Positions 9,129 through 19,466 of a DNA stretch of 64,000 nucleotides are shown piece by piece. The translations under genes were made by a program, and so were the position numbers. Numbering within the stretch: position 1 is the first letter of the stretch; each line of letters begins with the position of its first letter. The notes beneath the pieces are model-generated. The model was not told the origin of the DNA. It ran no database searches and saw nothing but the letters and a program-made list of their open reading frames with translations. Source of the stretch: an uncultured Candidatus Poseidoniales archaeon (GTDB taxonomy: Archaea; Thermoplasmatota; Poseidoniia; Poseidoniales; Thalassarchaeaceae); assembly GCA_902593945.1 (NCBI GenBank), contig CACJKA010000001.1, positions 19,316-83,315 on the forward strand, written 5' to 3'.

Positions 9129-12100
9129 ATGGTACGAGCATCGAAAACAGTTGGGCCTATGTTAGTTGTGATGTTGATGTTGGTGCTAGATTTGTCAGTA
9201 GGAGTTTCGGCAATTGTACCATCAGAAGAGAACTCAGATATGAATCAAAATTATGGAAATGAAGATTTAACTACATTACTTGATAATGAAATACCAGTAC
9301 TTATCTGCGATGGCGAAATCTGTCCAGAAAAATTTCTAGGAATCGGTTTTCCACCTTGGGATGCAAGTCCTGCAGTTGAAGAACCATACTGGTGGATGAA
9401 TTTTAATACTGATCAAGATTCTAATGGGATGGAAGATAGTCTACAATATATGATAGCAGGACAAAAAGAATCACATTCTGCGACAGCAATTCTAGGTGAT
9501 GATGGCCGTATGACTACAGCGATTATTGTAGGCTATTCATGGCATCCTGGAGAAACTGATCTTCAAGGACTGAGAGATATTTTGGTTAAACATGGATGGG
9601 AAGAAGAAGGATCTTGGTTTTTCCCAGTGGAGTTTATTGATTCCGTGGTCATCGATCATGTCCCAGTTAGTTCACTGGTAGAAATTTGGCAACAGGAGGG
9701 AGTTGTAATGATAGAAGAACAAGATAAAATCGTCTCCTACTTAAGTGTAGCAACAAGAGGTTCTAAAGTTAGAACATCGGATGTTTATGATGAAACTTTG
9801 AGAGATTTTGGATATGATGGTTCGGGCGTAGTTATTGCAGTTTTAGACTCTGGAGTAGATAATGAGCATTTCTCACTAGATGATTTCTCAGACAATAATA
9901 ATGATAATGAAAATGAACCCGACGACCTTTCAGATCCAAAATGGTTAGCAGGGTGTGATGCAACTTCTTGGAATTCTCAAGAATGTAATGATGGCGAATT
10001 TGATCCGGATGATGGAAATGGTCATGGCACACACGTAGCAGGTATTGCATTGGGTACTGGTGATTCTAGAAGAGTTAACCAAGGTTATGCACCAGGTTCC
10101 TATCTTGTTGATGTAAAAGTGATGACTGATTCTGGAGGGAGTGCCGGAGGAGATGAAGGCCCGATAATTAAGGGACTACAATGGGTTCTACAAAATGTAG
10201 ATACTGACTGGGGAAATAATGACTCAAGCGAAGGGATAGATGTAATGACAATGTCGTTTGGAAGCGGTAGTTCTCCAGCGGGAGGAAATGATCAGGGAGA
10301 TGATGGGAATAATTCTGCAGCTAGACTTGTTAATAATTGTGCAGAGGCTGGAATTGTCCCTATTGCAGCGATAGGAAATGATGGGACTAATCGAGTAACA
10401 TCAGTTGGTGCCGCAGATGCATCAATTACTGTTGGAGCAATTGATGATAAAAATACAATTCAACGGAATGACGATGACATAGCTGATTATTCAAATTCAG
10501 GACCAAGAGTAGACGATAATGATGAAAATAAATGGGACGAATTGAAACCTGATGTAGTGGCTCCCGGTTCAGGTATTACATCTGCACAACATGCTACATC
10601 GAGTTCTACAATTCCTGGACAAGATTCTACATCTCTTGCTGATGATGGATATGTAGCAATGGATGGAACTAGTATGTCAACACCTGCAGTTGCAGGATTA
10701 GTTGCAATAATTTTGCAAATAGATGATGAACTAGAACCTCAAGAGGTGAAGGATTTATTGAGGAATAATTCAGAAGTCAGAGGTTCTGCCTCAATGCCAT
10801 CAGTTTCAGACAAATGGAATGAAGATTATGGATTTGGCATTATAGATGGAAACCTAATTCTCCAGGCTATGTTAGGTGATGACACTGGCGGAGGAGGAGA
10901 TCCTGGAAATGGAACCGTAGACCCTCCAGTTGGCGAAGGCACAGGAAATTGGGCAGTTATTGAAAAGCCGAGTGGGTTGTGGCTAATAGAAGGTGAAAGT
11001 TACAGCGTGAGGGGGCATATTAATGAAGCCGGAGAAGAAAATGGAACTACTGAAGAAGTTCAAGTTCGGGTTACATACAAGTACAGACCAACAGGTGGAG
11101 GACCTCTATCTACTGGTGTTTTAGTTGATTGGCATCAGGCTCTTGGAACAATAAACTGGACTACAAACTTTGACATCCCAAATTTTGAAGAAGACGTAGA
11201 TGTAGATGCAGAAACACTTCAAATTGAAGTTAAATCTAGAAATGAATTTGAACAATGGAGTAATACTACCAAGAATACTCATAACCTAGGTATTATTTCT
11301 ATAGAGGTCGAATCTCCAAGCAACCAAGATTTGGTAAGTGGTAACGTCGAAATTAGTGGAAATTTAGAAACCGTGAATGGAGCTCAACTACAGTGGAGAT
11401 TAGGGACTGATGAATGGAAAAATATGACTTACTATTCAGGATCGGGAGCAGAAGAAATACAATGGTCATTACCTTGGAATACTGAGAATACGGATGATGG
11501 GATGCAAAGATTTTCTGTTAGATTCGTTAGCGGTGTTGGTGTTGCTTCGGAAGAGATAAGAATAACCGTCGAAATTGACAACAACCCTCCCTCTCCAGAC
11601 TTGATGTTTAGAACCGGTATTTCAGTTCAGGAATACGGCATCCCAGTCAGCGAAACATACGTTAATACATTTTTAGAAGCAAAAGTTCAGATAAGAAATA
11701 TTGGCGATATTTCAGCAGATGAATTGACTATTCATCTTTTAGAAGATGGATATAGAAAAGATGAGATTATTATACAGAGCCTAGAGAGTGGAGATATAAT
11801 TGAAGTGTCTCTTTCTTGGAATCCATCTACAGTAGGAAATAAACTATTGACTGTTTCTTTGGATCCTCTAGATGACATACAAGAAAATAATGAATCTGAT
11901 AATGATATCTCAATTACGTTCCCAGTCTTGCAAAGGCCACAGGGAATTGATTTAGCTTTCAGAGATGGAGCAGTTAAGACGGAACCATCGATACCTAGGC
12001 CTCAGGAACAATTTCTGATTACAGGTAGAGTAGATAACTTGGGTTCAACTAATGCAATGGGTGTCGATGCAACTCTTTGGCTGAAAAAAGATTTGGGGTG

Positions 12101-13928
12101 GATGGAAGTATCTACCACTACAATATCTCTTGTTGTTGGACAAGGAGCCAGTCAAATTGCATTCGCCTATATCCATGAAGAGGTGGGGCCTCTAGAGATA
12201 AAAATTACAGTCCAAGGTGAAAGTGATTTAGATATGAGCAATAATGAGATAGTTTCTACTATTCTTGTCGATCAGTCTTCATTAAAGTCACCCCGTGGCC
12301 TAACATTTGATTATGGTGAAGAACCTGTGAAAGTGATAGACCTTAACGGAGAAGGTTTGGTCATCACCAGCAAGGATGGAGGATTAGCTCTATATCGATT
12401 GAATTCAAATCTTGCATTAATACCTTGTTCAAATATGCTTGAAACAAAATGGTCGGGAGATTTAACTTCTTGGAGCACCAGTGATGGTTATGCACACATT
12501 GTTTGGACGAGAAGATATATTGATAATCAAGGTTATTTCAAACAAACAATAAGTTACTCAAGAATTGATGCCACATGTGAAATAGCCCCTGTACAAGACT
12601 TGATGCAGCCAATATCACTATCTGATGGTAAATATTTTGGCATAGATATTGATGTTAAAGGAACTGAGATAATTATTGCAGGATACCATCGAGATATCTC
12701 AACAGGAGGTACTTTCAAAGATCTAACTAGCGTATTCCTACTCAGATCAAACTATCCTATCTCTTCCGATGACTGGGATTATACGCCAAACGTGATTGAT
12801 GAAATAGAAATTAGCATGTATGATTCTGATCCAGTCACAGTAGAATTAGGAGAAGAATTTACCCATATATTATATCAATCAAATAGAGATGACATTACTG
12901 GTGAAGAAAGAATAGGATTGTGGTACGCTCACGGAGACAGTCAACAAACCTCTTGGACATATAGGAAGGCTATTGGAGATGAAGCGGGTATGCAAAAGAT
13001 GTCAGTAATTACGCATGAAGATAGAGATTATATCTATTCAGTTTGGAAAGAAGGGACTGATGCTGAATCTAAACTAGTTTCAAAGGTAACTGATTCCACA
13101 ATGACCGTTTTTGAAAATCTCAGTGTCGAAATACCTTCTAAAGGAATTGGTAATATTCAAATGACTGAAACTCACTTAGGAATACAGATTTTTTATGATT
13201 TTGTTGGACCAACGGGCAGTCAAATACAATATGGCATGATAAATCCAATTTTTGGAGAAGAATGGATTGGACTTTCTGATAGAATTACAACTGGAAAAAA
13301 TCATCTTTCTTCAGTTGATAGGAGTCCTCTAAGTGACCAAACAATTATTCTAAGTTGGAATGAAATACATGGCTGGGAGATAAGATCTTTAATCGATGAC
13401 AGTGACCCAGACAGAGGTGAATTAAATTTACTTGACGAAATGAGAATTTATCTAGGACTAGATGAACAGAATTTTGGAATCCTAATGGCGGGGATATCAA
13501 TCATGGTTCTATTACTATGTTTGTTGGTACTTACTACAATGTCACTAAGTGCTGTAAAATGGGTAGGTAGAAAGAGAAGAAAAGTAGCAACTGGAAATAT
13601 TATCTTGGAAGATAATGTAGTAGATATAGTAGAACCAACAGATCTTGAGGTTAAATCCTCGGAGATTGAACTAATCGATGAAAATATAGATGAAAATTCA
13701 AATCTAAGAAGGCAACGAAGAAATAGCCGTAAAATGTCTAATCAATCAGATGAAGTAGTAATGGCGATTCCTCCACAACCTATTGCTTTACCCCCTCCAG
13801 TAGATTCGTTAGAGATGCCACAAATTAATCGGACCATTCTATGCCCTGATTGTTCTGCAAGATTTGAGGTTGCAAGCGGTTTGAAAATGATTAAATGTCC
13901 TATTTGCGAGAATAGAATTTCATTATAG
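9129..13928 (+). CDS. Giant subtilisin-like serine protease (S8), 1599 aa. It has a large extracellular region, a C-terminal TM anchor and a cytoplasmic zinc-ribbon tail.
   Basis: An N-terminal signal peptide precedes an S8 catalytic triad: D in VLDSGVDNEH, H in HGTHVAGIA, and S in GTSMSTPAVAG. More than 900 aa of acidic extracellular sequence follow. A TM helix (ILMAGISIMVLLLCLLVLTTM) is followed by a basic stretch (RKRRK) and a terminal CPDC...CPIC. Confidence 0.85.
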   Translation: MVRASKTVGPMLVVMLMLVLDLSVGVSAIVPSEENSDMNQNYGNEDLTTLLDNEIPVLICDGEICPEKFLGIGFPPWDASPAVEEPYWWMNFNTDQDSNGMEDSLQYMIAGQKESHSATAILGDDGRMTTAIIVGYSWHPGETDLQGLRDILVKHGWEEEGSWFFPVEFIDSVVIDHVPVSSLVEIWQQEGVVMIEEQDKIVSYLSVATRGSKVRTSDVYDETLRDFGYDGSGVVIAVLDSGVDNEHFSLDDFSDNNNDNENEPDDLSDPKWLAGCDATSWNSQECNDGEFDPDDGNGHGTHVAGIALGTGDSRRVNQGYAPGSYLVDVKVMTDSGGSAGGDEGPIIKGLQWVLQNVDTDWGNNDSSEGIDVMTMSFGSGSSPAGGNDQGDDGNNSAARLVNNCAEAGIVPIAAIGNDGTNRVTSVGAADASITVGAIDDKNTIQRNDDDIADYSNSGPRVDDNDENKWDELKPDVVAPGSGITSAQHATSSSTIPGQDSTSLADDGYVAMDGTSMSTPAVAGLVAIILQIDDELEPQEVKDLLRNNSEVRGSASMPSVSDKWNEDYGFGIIDGNLILQAMLGDDTGGGGDPGNGTVDPPVGEGTGNWAVIEKPSGLWLIEGESYSVRGHINEAGEENGTTEEVQVRVTYKYRPTGGGPLSTGVLVDWHQALGTINWTTNFDIPNFEEDVDVDAETLQIEVKSRNEFEQWSNTTKNTHNLGIISIEVESPSNQDLVSGNVEISGNLETVNGAQLQWRLGTDEWKNMTYYSGSGAEEIQWSLPWNTENTDDGMQRFSVRFVSGVGVASEEIRITVEIDNNPPSPDLMFRTGISVQEYGIPVSETYVNTFLEAKVQIRNIGDISADELTIHLLEDGYRKDEIIIQSLESGDIIEVSLSWNPSTVGNKLLTVSLDPLDDIQENNESDNDISITFPVLQRPQGIDLAFRDGAVKTEPSIPRPQEQFLITGRVDNLGSTNAMGVDATLWLKKDLGWMEVSTTTISLVVGQGASQIAFAYIHEEVGPLEIKITVQGESDLDMSNNEIVSTILVDQSSLKSPRGLTFDYGEEPVKVIDLNGEGLVITSKDGGLALYRLNSNLALIPCSNMLETKWSGDLTSWSTSDGYAHIVWTRRYIDNQGYFKQTISYSRIDATCEIAPVQDLMQPISLSDGKYFGIDIDVKGTEIIIAGYHRDISTGGTFKDLTSVFLLRSNYPISSDDWDYTPNVIDEIEISMYDSDPVTVELGEEFTHILYQSNRDDITGEERIGLWYAHGDSQQTSWTYRKAIGDEAGMQKMSVITHEDRDYIYSVWKEGTDAESKLVSKVTDSTMTVFENLSVEIPSKGIGNIQMTETHLGIQIFYDFVGPTGSQIQYGMINPIFGEEWIGLSDRITTGKNHLSSVDRSPLSDQTIILSWNEIHGWEIRSLIDDSDPDRGELNLLDEMRIYLGLDEQNFGILMAGISIMVLLLCLLVLTTMSLSAVKWVGRKRRKVATGNIILEDNVVDIVEPTDLEVKSSEIELIDENIDENSNLRRQRRNSRKMSNQSDEVVMAIPPQPIALPPPVDSLEMPQINRTILCPDCSARFEVASGLKMIKCPICENRISL

Positions 13929-13936
13929 GTGAGATA

Positions 13937-14566
13937 ATGCGAGTATTGCTTGCATCCGCTTCAGAAAGAAGATTGACTTGGTTGAATGATTATTTTGAAA
14001 GTATGGAAGTTGTCTGTAAACCTCTTCTAAGTGAAGAAAAAGGCATAGAAAAAGACAAAAGTGTAGAAAAACAATCAATAGAAATTTGCCTCTCAAAAGC
14101 AGAATCTGCTGCTTTAGAATGGAGTATTATGGACCCGAAAAATCTTGATACCCCTGATATAATAATTGTTTCAGATACATTAGTAGAATCTCCGGGTGAT
14201 GAAAAAATGGCTTTAGGGAAACCTGAAGATAGTTTCATGGCAACTAGTATGTTACTTAGACTGTCGGGGAAAAGGCATAGAGTCTGGTCTTCAACAGCGA
14301 TTCTGGTTCAAAATAATAAGGAATATGAAGAAATATACTCCAAATGGAGGTATAAAATCTGGACCGATTATGCAATCGTTGAATTTGATGAGCTAAGTGA
14401 AGAAGATATAATCAGTTTAGTTGAAAGTAACTCTTGGGTTGGAAAAGCAGGAGGTTATGATTTAGCTGGGCATGCTAGAAAACACACGAAAATCATCGAG
14501 GGAGATGTAGTGACAGTTCTAGGTTTTTCAAAGAAGGCTATAAACGAACTTGAAAGGATTGGCTAA
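13937..14566 (+). CDS. maf: Maf-like nucleoside triphosphate pyrophosphatase
   Basis: The N-terminus has the Maf motif LLASASERR, and the length (209 aa) and layout fit Maf. Confidence 0.75.
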   Translation: MRVLLASASERRLTWLNDYFESMEVVCKPLLSEEKGIEKDKSVEKQSIEICLSKAESAALEWSIMDPKNLDTPDIIIVSDTLVESPGDEKMALGKPEDSFMATSMLLRLSGKRHRVWSSTAILVQNNKEYEEIYSKWRYKIWTDYAIVEFDELSEEDIISLVESNSWVGKAGGYDLAGHARKHTKIIEGDVVTVLGFSKKAINELERIG

Positions 14567-15060
14567 ACGAAAACTACACCACCAAATTTTAATACAAACT
14601 CTTTTTGAATATCATCAAACCATTCCAACATAGATTTTGAAAAACGAACAGAAATAACTTCCTCATCCATCAACAAATCATCCTGAATTCCTTTGAGAGT
14701 TCCTGGAGCAGCCCCACAAGATACACAAGCTCCATCTAAGTCTAAAATTAGGGACAAAACCCTATTTCCAATATTATTCTCCTCGATTACTGCTGAACTA
14801 ACTAACAACCCCCCTCCATGTCCATCTAGTGCGGCTCGGACCACCCCCAACCTAGACATTAAAGCAGGAATCAAATCTGAATCACTCGATTCAAATAATT
14901 TGACTAGTGATAATTTACTCAATCTTTCTAATTCTTCGGGAGAATGAGCCTCTGAAATACGTCGCATTGCTTCTTCTCTCATTACCTCTTCGATCTGCTT
15001 TCTATATGAGTCTGACAAATCCTCATTAAGAGGTAATTTATTTTCGGAGTGGTCGCTCAT
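14563..15060 (-). CDS. Nfu/NifU-C-terminal-like Fe-S cluster scaffold protein
   Basis: The CxxC motif in GACVSCGAAPGTLKGIQ matches the NifU C-terminal domain. The gene sits next to sufCBD. Confidence 0.6.
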   Translation of the reverse strand: MSDHSENKLPLNEDLSDSYRKQIEEVMREEAMRRISEAHSPEELERLSKLSLVKLFESSDSDLIPALMSRLGVVRAALDGHGGGLLVSSAVIEENNIGNRVLSLILDLDGACVSCGAAPGTLKGIQDDLLMDEEVISVRFSKSMLEWFDDIQKEFVLKFGGVVFV

Positions 15061-15183
15061 CAGTTATTGCGAGAATGCTACTTCATTTTAGGGTGACCAA
15101 TGATGACTTTAATCAAATATTGGTATTCAGGTAAGAAGCATTTATTGAAAAGGGGCGACTTACACGAAAGACTAGGGTAGAAT

Positions 15184-15948
15184 ATGTCGGATACTTCTGA
15201 ATTACTAAAAATCCAAGATTTATATGCCTGCATAGGCGAAATTTCTATATTAAAGGGGATTAATTTAGAAATTAAACCTGGAGAAATTCATGCCATCATG
15301 GGAAGAAATGGTAGTGGGAAAACTACAACTGCGAATATCATAATGGGCCATCCTGACTATGAAGTAGAAAAGGGGATTGTTGAACTAAATGGTAAAGACT
15401 TGCTGGAAATGGAAACATGGGAAAGAGCAAGAGAAGGTGTTTTCTTGTCTTTCCAATACCCACAATCAGTTCCTGGGCTTCAAGTTGGCAACTTTCTAAG
15501 AAAATCCGTAGCAGCCATCCTTGGAGAAGAAGCCGCGAAAGGCAAGGAATTTAGGAACAAACTGAAAGAATCTATGAAAGAATTAGACATTCCCTCCTCA
15601 TTTCTTGGAAGATATGTGAATGATGGATTTAGTGGTGGCGAAAAAAAGAGATTTGAGATATTGCAACTCATGCTGATGAAACCAAAATTAGCAATTCTAG
15701 ATGAAACAGATTCGGGATTAGATATTGACGGAATTAGGACTGTAGCTAAAGGGATAAATGCTGCCATTAGAGGTACAGATTCCGGGGCGTTGATAATTAC
15801 ACATTACTCAAGGATTCTTGAACATGTGAAGCCCGACAAAATACATGTCTTAATTTCAGGAAAGATTGTAAAAACTGGAGGTCCTGAGTTGGCCCTAGAA
15901 TTAGAAGAAAAGGGATATGATTGGCTTGAAGAAGATTCAGAAAATTAG
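15184..15948 (+). CDS. sufC: Fe-S cluster assembly ATPase SufC
   Basis: Walker A (GRNGSGKTT), the ABC signature (FSGGEKKR) and Walker B ([10 protein letters not shown]) are present. The gene lies immediately upstream of sufB/sufD. Confidence 0.9.
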   Translation: MSDTSELLKIQDLYACIGEISILKGINLEIKPGEIHAIMGRNGSGKTTTANIIMGHPDYEVEKGIVELNGKDLLEMETWERAREGVFLSFQYPQSVPGLQVGNFLRKSVAAILGEEAAKGKEFRNKLKESMKELDIPSSFLGRYVNDGFSGGEKKRFEILQLMLMKPKLAILDETDSGLDIDGIRTVAKGINAAIRGTDSGALIITHYSRILEHVKPDKIHVLISGKIVKTGGPELALELEEKGYDWLEEDSEN

Positions 15949-15960
15949 GGAGGATTAGAA

Positions 15961-17370
15961 ATGGTAGATGATGATGCAAGAGAAGCAGTAGGAGATTACA
16001 AGGCAGGATGGCATGACCCAGAAAATTCAACTATTCGTTTCGATGCTGGGCTATCAGAGAAAGTTGTTAGAGACATCTCAGAACTAAAAAATGAGCCGGA
16101 ATGGATGACTGATATTAGAGTAAAGGCGTTCAAGCATTTTGATGAAAGACCGATGCCCACTTGGGGTAATATGTCTATGTTAGAAGAGATTGACTTCGAA
16201 TCTATTTGCTATTACCTCAGGTCATCCAAGGCTACAGAAAATGATTGGGAAGATGTCCCAGAAGATATTAGAAACACATTTGATAGATTGGGCATTCCTG
16301 ATGCTGAACAAAAATGGCTCAGTGGAGTCACAGCTCAATATGAGTCAGAAGCAGTTTATCATTCAATAAGAGAAGACCTAGAAAAACAAGGAGTTATTTT
16401 CTTAGATATGGACAGTGGTTTGAGAGAACATGAAGAACTAGTAAAAAAATGGTTTTGCAGTGTAGTTCCTTATTCAGATAATAAGTTTAGTGCGCTAAAT
16501 ACCGCAGTTTGGTCAGGTGGATCTTTCATATATGTTCCAAAAGGAGTTCACGTAGAATTACCAGTACAAGCATATTTCAGGATTAATGCAAAAAATATGG
16601 GTCAATTTGAAAGAACCTTGATTATTGCTGATGAAGGAAGTAGCATACACTATGTTGAAGGTTGTACTGCACCAACCTACTCTACTGACTCATTACACTC
16701 TGCCGTAGTAGAGCTCATAGCATTGCCAGGTGCACACATCAGATACAGTACTGTTCAGAATTGGAGTGCAAACGTGTACAACCTTGTTACAAAAAGAGGT
16801 GTTGCTCATGAAAAGGCAAAAATCGAATGGGTTGATGGAAATATTGGAAGTAAATTAACCATGAAATATCCATCTGTAATTCTCAAAGGAGAAGGATCTC
16901 ATGCAGAAGTAATTTCTGTAGCATATTCCGGTGCTGGACAACATCAAGATGCAGGAGCAAAGATTCATCATTTAGCAAGTAATACAACGAGTAAAATATT
17001 ATCAAAATCAATTAGTAAGGATGGAGGTAGAGGTTCCTACAGAGGACAAGTTACGGTCTCTAAGAAAGCTGAAAATTGTAAACTAAATGTGGTCTGTGAT
17101 GCTCTAATTCTAGATGAAAATAGTAGAAGTGACACATATCCTACAATGGAAGTTGCAAATCCTACTGCTCGTTGTGAACATGAAGCAAGTGTTTCTAAAG
17201 TTAGTGACAATCAATTATTTTATCTTATGAGTAGAGGACATTCGGAAGAAGAAGCATTAGCCCTTATTGTAAATGGATTCTTTGAGCCTTTCACAAGAGA
17301 ACTTCCTATGGAATATGCTGTTGAGTTGAATAAACTAATGGCATTAGAAATGGAAGGAAGTATCGGTTAA
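15961..17370 (+). CDS. sufB: Fe-S cluster assembly protein SufB
   Basis: The 469 aa product has the SufB/SufD beta-helix core, and the position between sufC and sufD fits. Confidence 0.9.
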   Translation: MVDDDAREAVGDYKAGWHDPENSTIRFDAGLSEKVVRDISELKNEPEWMTDIRVKAFKHFDERPMPTWGNMSMLEEIDFESICYYLRSSKATENDWEDVPEDIRNTFDRLGIPDAEQKWLSGVTAQYESEAVYHSIREDLEKQGVIFLDMDSGLREHEELVKKWFCSVVPYSDNKFSALNTAVWSGGSFIYVPKGVHVELPVQAYFRINAKNMGQFERTLIIADEGSSIHYVEGCTAPTYSTDSLHSAVVELIALPGAHIRYSTVQNWSANVYNLVTKRGVAHEKAKIEWVDGNIGSKLTMKYPSVILKGEGSHAEVISVAYSGAGQHQDAGAKIHHLASNTTSKILSKSISKDGGRGSYRGQVTVSKKAENCKLNVVCDALILDENSRSDTYPTMEVANPTARCEHEASVSKVSDNQLFYLMSRGHSEEEALALIVNGFFEPFTRELPMEYAVELNKLMALEMEGSIG

Positions 17371-18492
17371 TTGGGGTCTATTAGTATGAAATCTGAAGAT
17401 TTGTACCTATCTATGTGTGAACCAGATAATGCAAATCATCTATGGAGATATTCCCCTTGGAAAAAGGTACATCCTACTGGAAAGGTTAGAGAAATACCAA
17501 CTAATTATTTACATCCTGAGATGAAATTATCACTTCTAGATGGAAGTGAGGCCCCGGATAATTTTAGCGTCATTAAAGAAGACTCTCCAAGTAAAACAAA
17601 TAACTTCAGCGACCCGGTTTCAATGAGTTTCATAGAGTCTGTTTGTCGTGACTCTGAATTTACTTTAAGAGTGAAGAATAATACTGTACTAGAACAACCA
17701 ATTATTTTGAGAATTGATTCAGGTTTATCAAAATCAGCAGTAAATCTGAGTATAGAAGTTGGAAGGCATTGTGAGTTTGAATTAATCACATTGATTGAAG
17801 GAGAGCCAGACTGGTTTGGATTATTACGTAAAGGAAATATTGGAGAAGGTTCGATAATTAATGATGTAGTAGTTGGTCAAATGAAACGTGGGACATTACT
17901 CAGAGTTGATGCAATTAATATTGGTAAAGATTCCCAAGTAAGAGCAGGAAGCATAAGTTCTGGTTCAGATAGAACTAAGGCCGATTTAAGATATATGATG
18001 GATAAAGATGGGAGTAATCTTAGAGTTCTTGGGTCAATATTATCTGCAGAAAAAATGTATATTGATCATCACATTGAGATATATCATGATGCGCCTGAAA
18101 CTTACAGTAGATTAGATTGGCACTCGGCCTGTGGAGGAAAAAGCAGAACTATAGGCACTGGGATGCTAAGAGTATCGAATGGGTCTAAAGGTGCCGATGC
18201 AGGTCAGTTATTTCACAATCTATTACTATCAGATAAGGCCGAAGCTGATAGTATTCCAGAACTAGAGGTTAGTGAGAATGATGTGGTCGGTTGTGGACAT
18301 GGAACTGCTAATGGCCCTATTGATGAAGAACAACTATTCTACTTAGAAGCTAGAGGATTTAGCCCTGACGAGGCAAAAGACTCACTCATAGCGGCTTTTC
18401 TAAATTCTACTCTTTCAGAGATGGGGAGTGATGCCTTACATCATTGGTTAGCAGAAAATTTACAAGATGAATTAAAAACTCTTACAACATAG
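17371..18492 (+). CDS. sufD: Fe-S cluster assembly protein SufD
   Basis: This 373 aa SufB/D-family paralog lies immediately downstream of sufB and has conserved C-terminal helices. Confidence 0.8.
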   Translation: MGSISMKSEDLYLSMCEPDNANHLWRYSPWKKVHPTGKVREIPTNYLHPEMKLSLLDGSEAPDNFSVIKEDSPSKTNNFSDPVSMSFIESVCRDSEFTLRVKNNTVLEQPIILRIDSGLSKSAVNLSIEVGRHCEFELITLIEGEPDWFGLLRKGNIGEGSIINDVVVGQMKRGTLLRVDAINIGKDSQVRAGSISSGSDRTKADLRYMMDKDGSNLRVLGSILSAEKMYIDHHIEIYHDAPETYSRLDWHSACGGKSRTIGTGMLRVSNGSKGADAGQLFHNLLLSDKAEADSIPELEVSENDVVGCGHGTANGPIDEEQLFYLEARGFSPDEAKDSLIAAFLNSTLSEMGSDALHHWLAENLQDELKTLTT

Positions 18493-18704
18493 AAACAAAT
18501 TAGAACCTACTTGCTCTAGGAATCTTGTGGATTACGACCATTGTAAAGAAATTACTTGCGTCTGTGGTTTCAGAGGATCTGCAATACCAGTTAGGCAGCA
18601 CATGGAATGCCCTAATTGTAGAAGGGTTGTAGAAGCATGCTGTGAGGGGGTTCCAATTTACTCATGAACTTTGATTTCAAATGATTTATATCTAAAAATC
18701 ACCT

Positions 18705-19466
18705 GTGTCGTTCTACATGTTACCTAATGGACGGAGTGAAAGGACTCGGGAAGAAAGAGTTGGGAAACTTGTTGCATCAATTACTGGAATATATCTAGTC
18801 CTTTTATTTCTTATTCCAATTTTCTTAGTCTCAAATTCGGTACCTGAACTTTCTGGAAGAGCAAACAGGATAGATTATGCTACCGTGGACGGATGGGGGT
18901 CCTGGGGAAATCAAAATAATGGTTTGAATGATGACATTGGACAGAATCAAGAAGAATTTGGTTACTTTAGTTGGACTGAACTAAATCCTGTGGCGGCATT
19001 TGTTTACTCCTTTGGCGATCTAAATTGTCATCAAAAAAGTGAAAGGTCTTGGGAAATAAATGGTAATCAATTAGCAATTTGTGTTAGGGATGTAGGATTA
19101 TTCCTAGGCTTATTTATTGGAGCTCTGTTTTGGAGATCTAAAGGATTGAATAGATGGACGGTTAGAGATTCTTTTCTATCTGTATTCAAAGATGAGCAAA
19201 TTCATTCATTATACATTAAAGATAAGAGGATGTTTGCTATGATATTATTTCTTTCAATTGGTGCATTACCAATAGGTTTTGACGGTTTTTATCAACTATT
19301 AACTGACTATGAATCGACAAATACTATCAGATTGATTACTGGAACTTTAGCTGGATTTGTGCTATCTTGGTGGTTCTGTGCTGCAATAAGCTCAAAAACA
19401 CAAGATTTTACTGATTCAAGTCAAGTCAAACTTCCTGCGAATGCTAGATTAGTATTCAAGGACTAA
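18705..19466 (+). CDS. DUF2085-like polytopic membrane protein
   Basis: Several TM helices are present, and the motif NCHQKSERSW resembles the CHQ.PeRSF signature of DUF2085. Confidence 0.45.
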   Translation: MSFYMLPNGRSERTREERVGKLVASITGIYLVLLFLIPIFLVSNSVPELSGRANRIDYATVDGWGSWGNQNNGLNDDIGQNQEEFGYFSWTELNPVAAFVYSFGDLNCHQKSERSWEINGNQLAICVRDVGLFLGLFIGALFWRSKGLNRWTVRDSFLSVFKDEQIHSLYIKDKRMFAMILFLSIGALPIGFDGFYQLLTDYESTNTIRLITGTLAGFVLSWWFCAAISSKTQDFTDSSQVKLPANARLVFKD

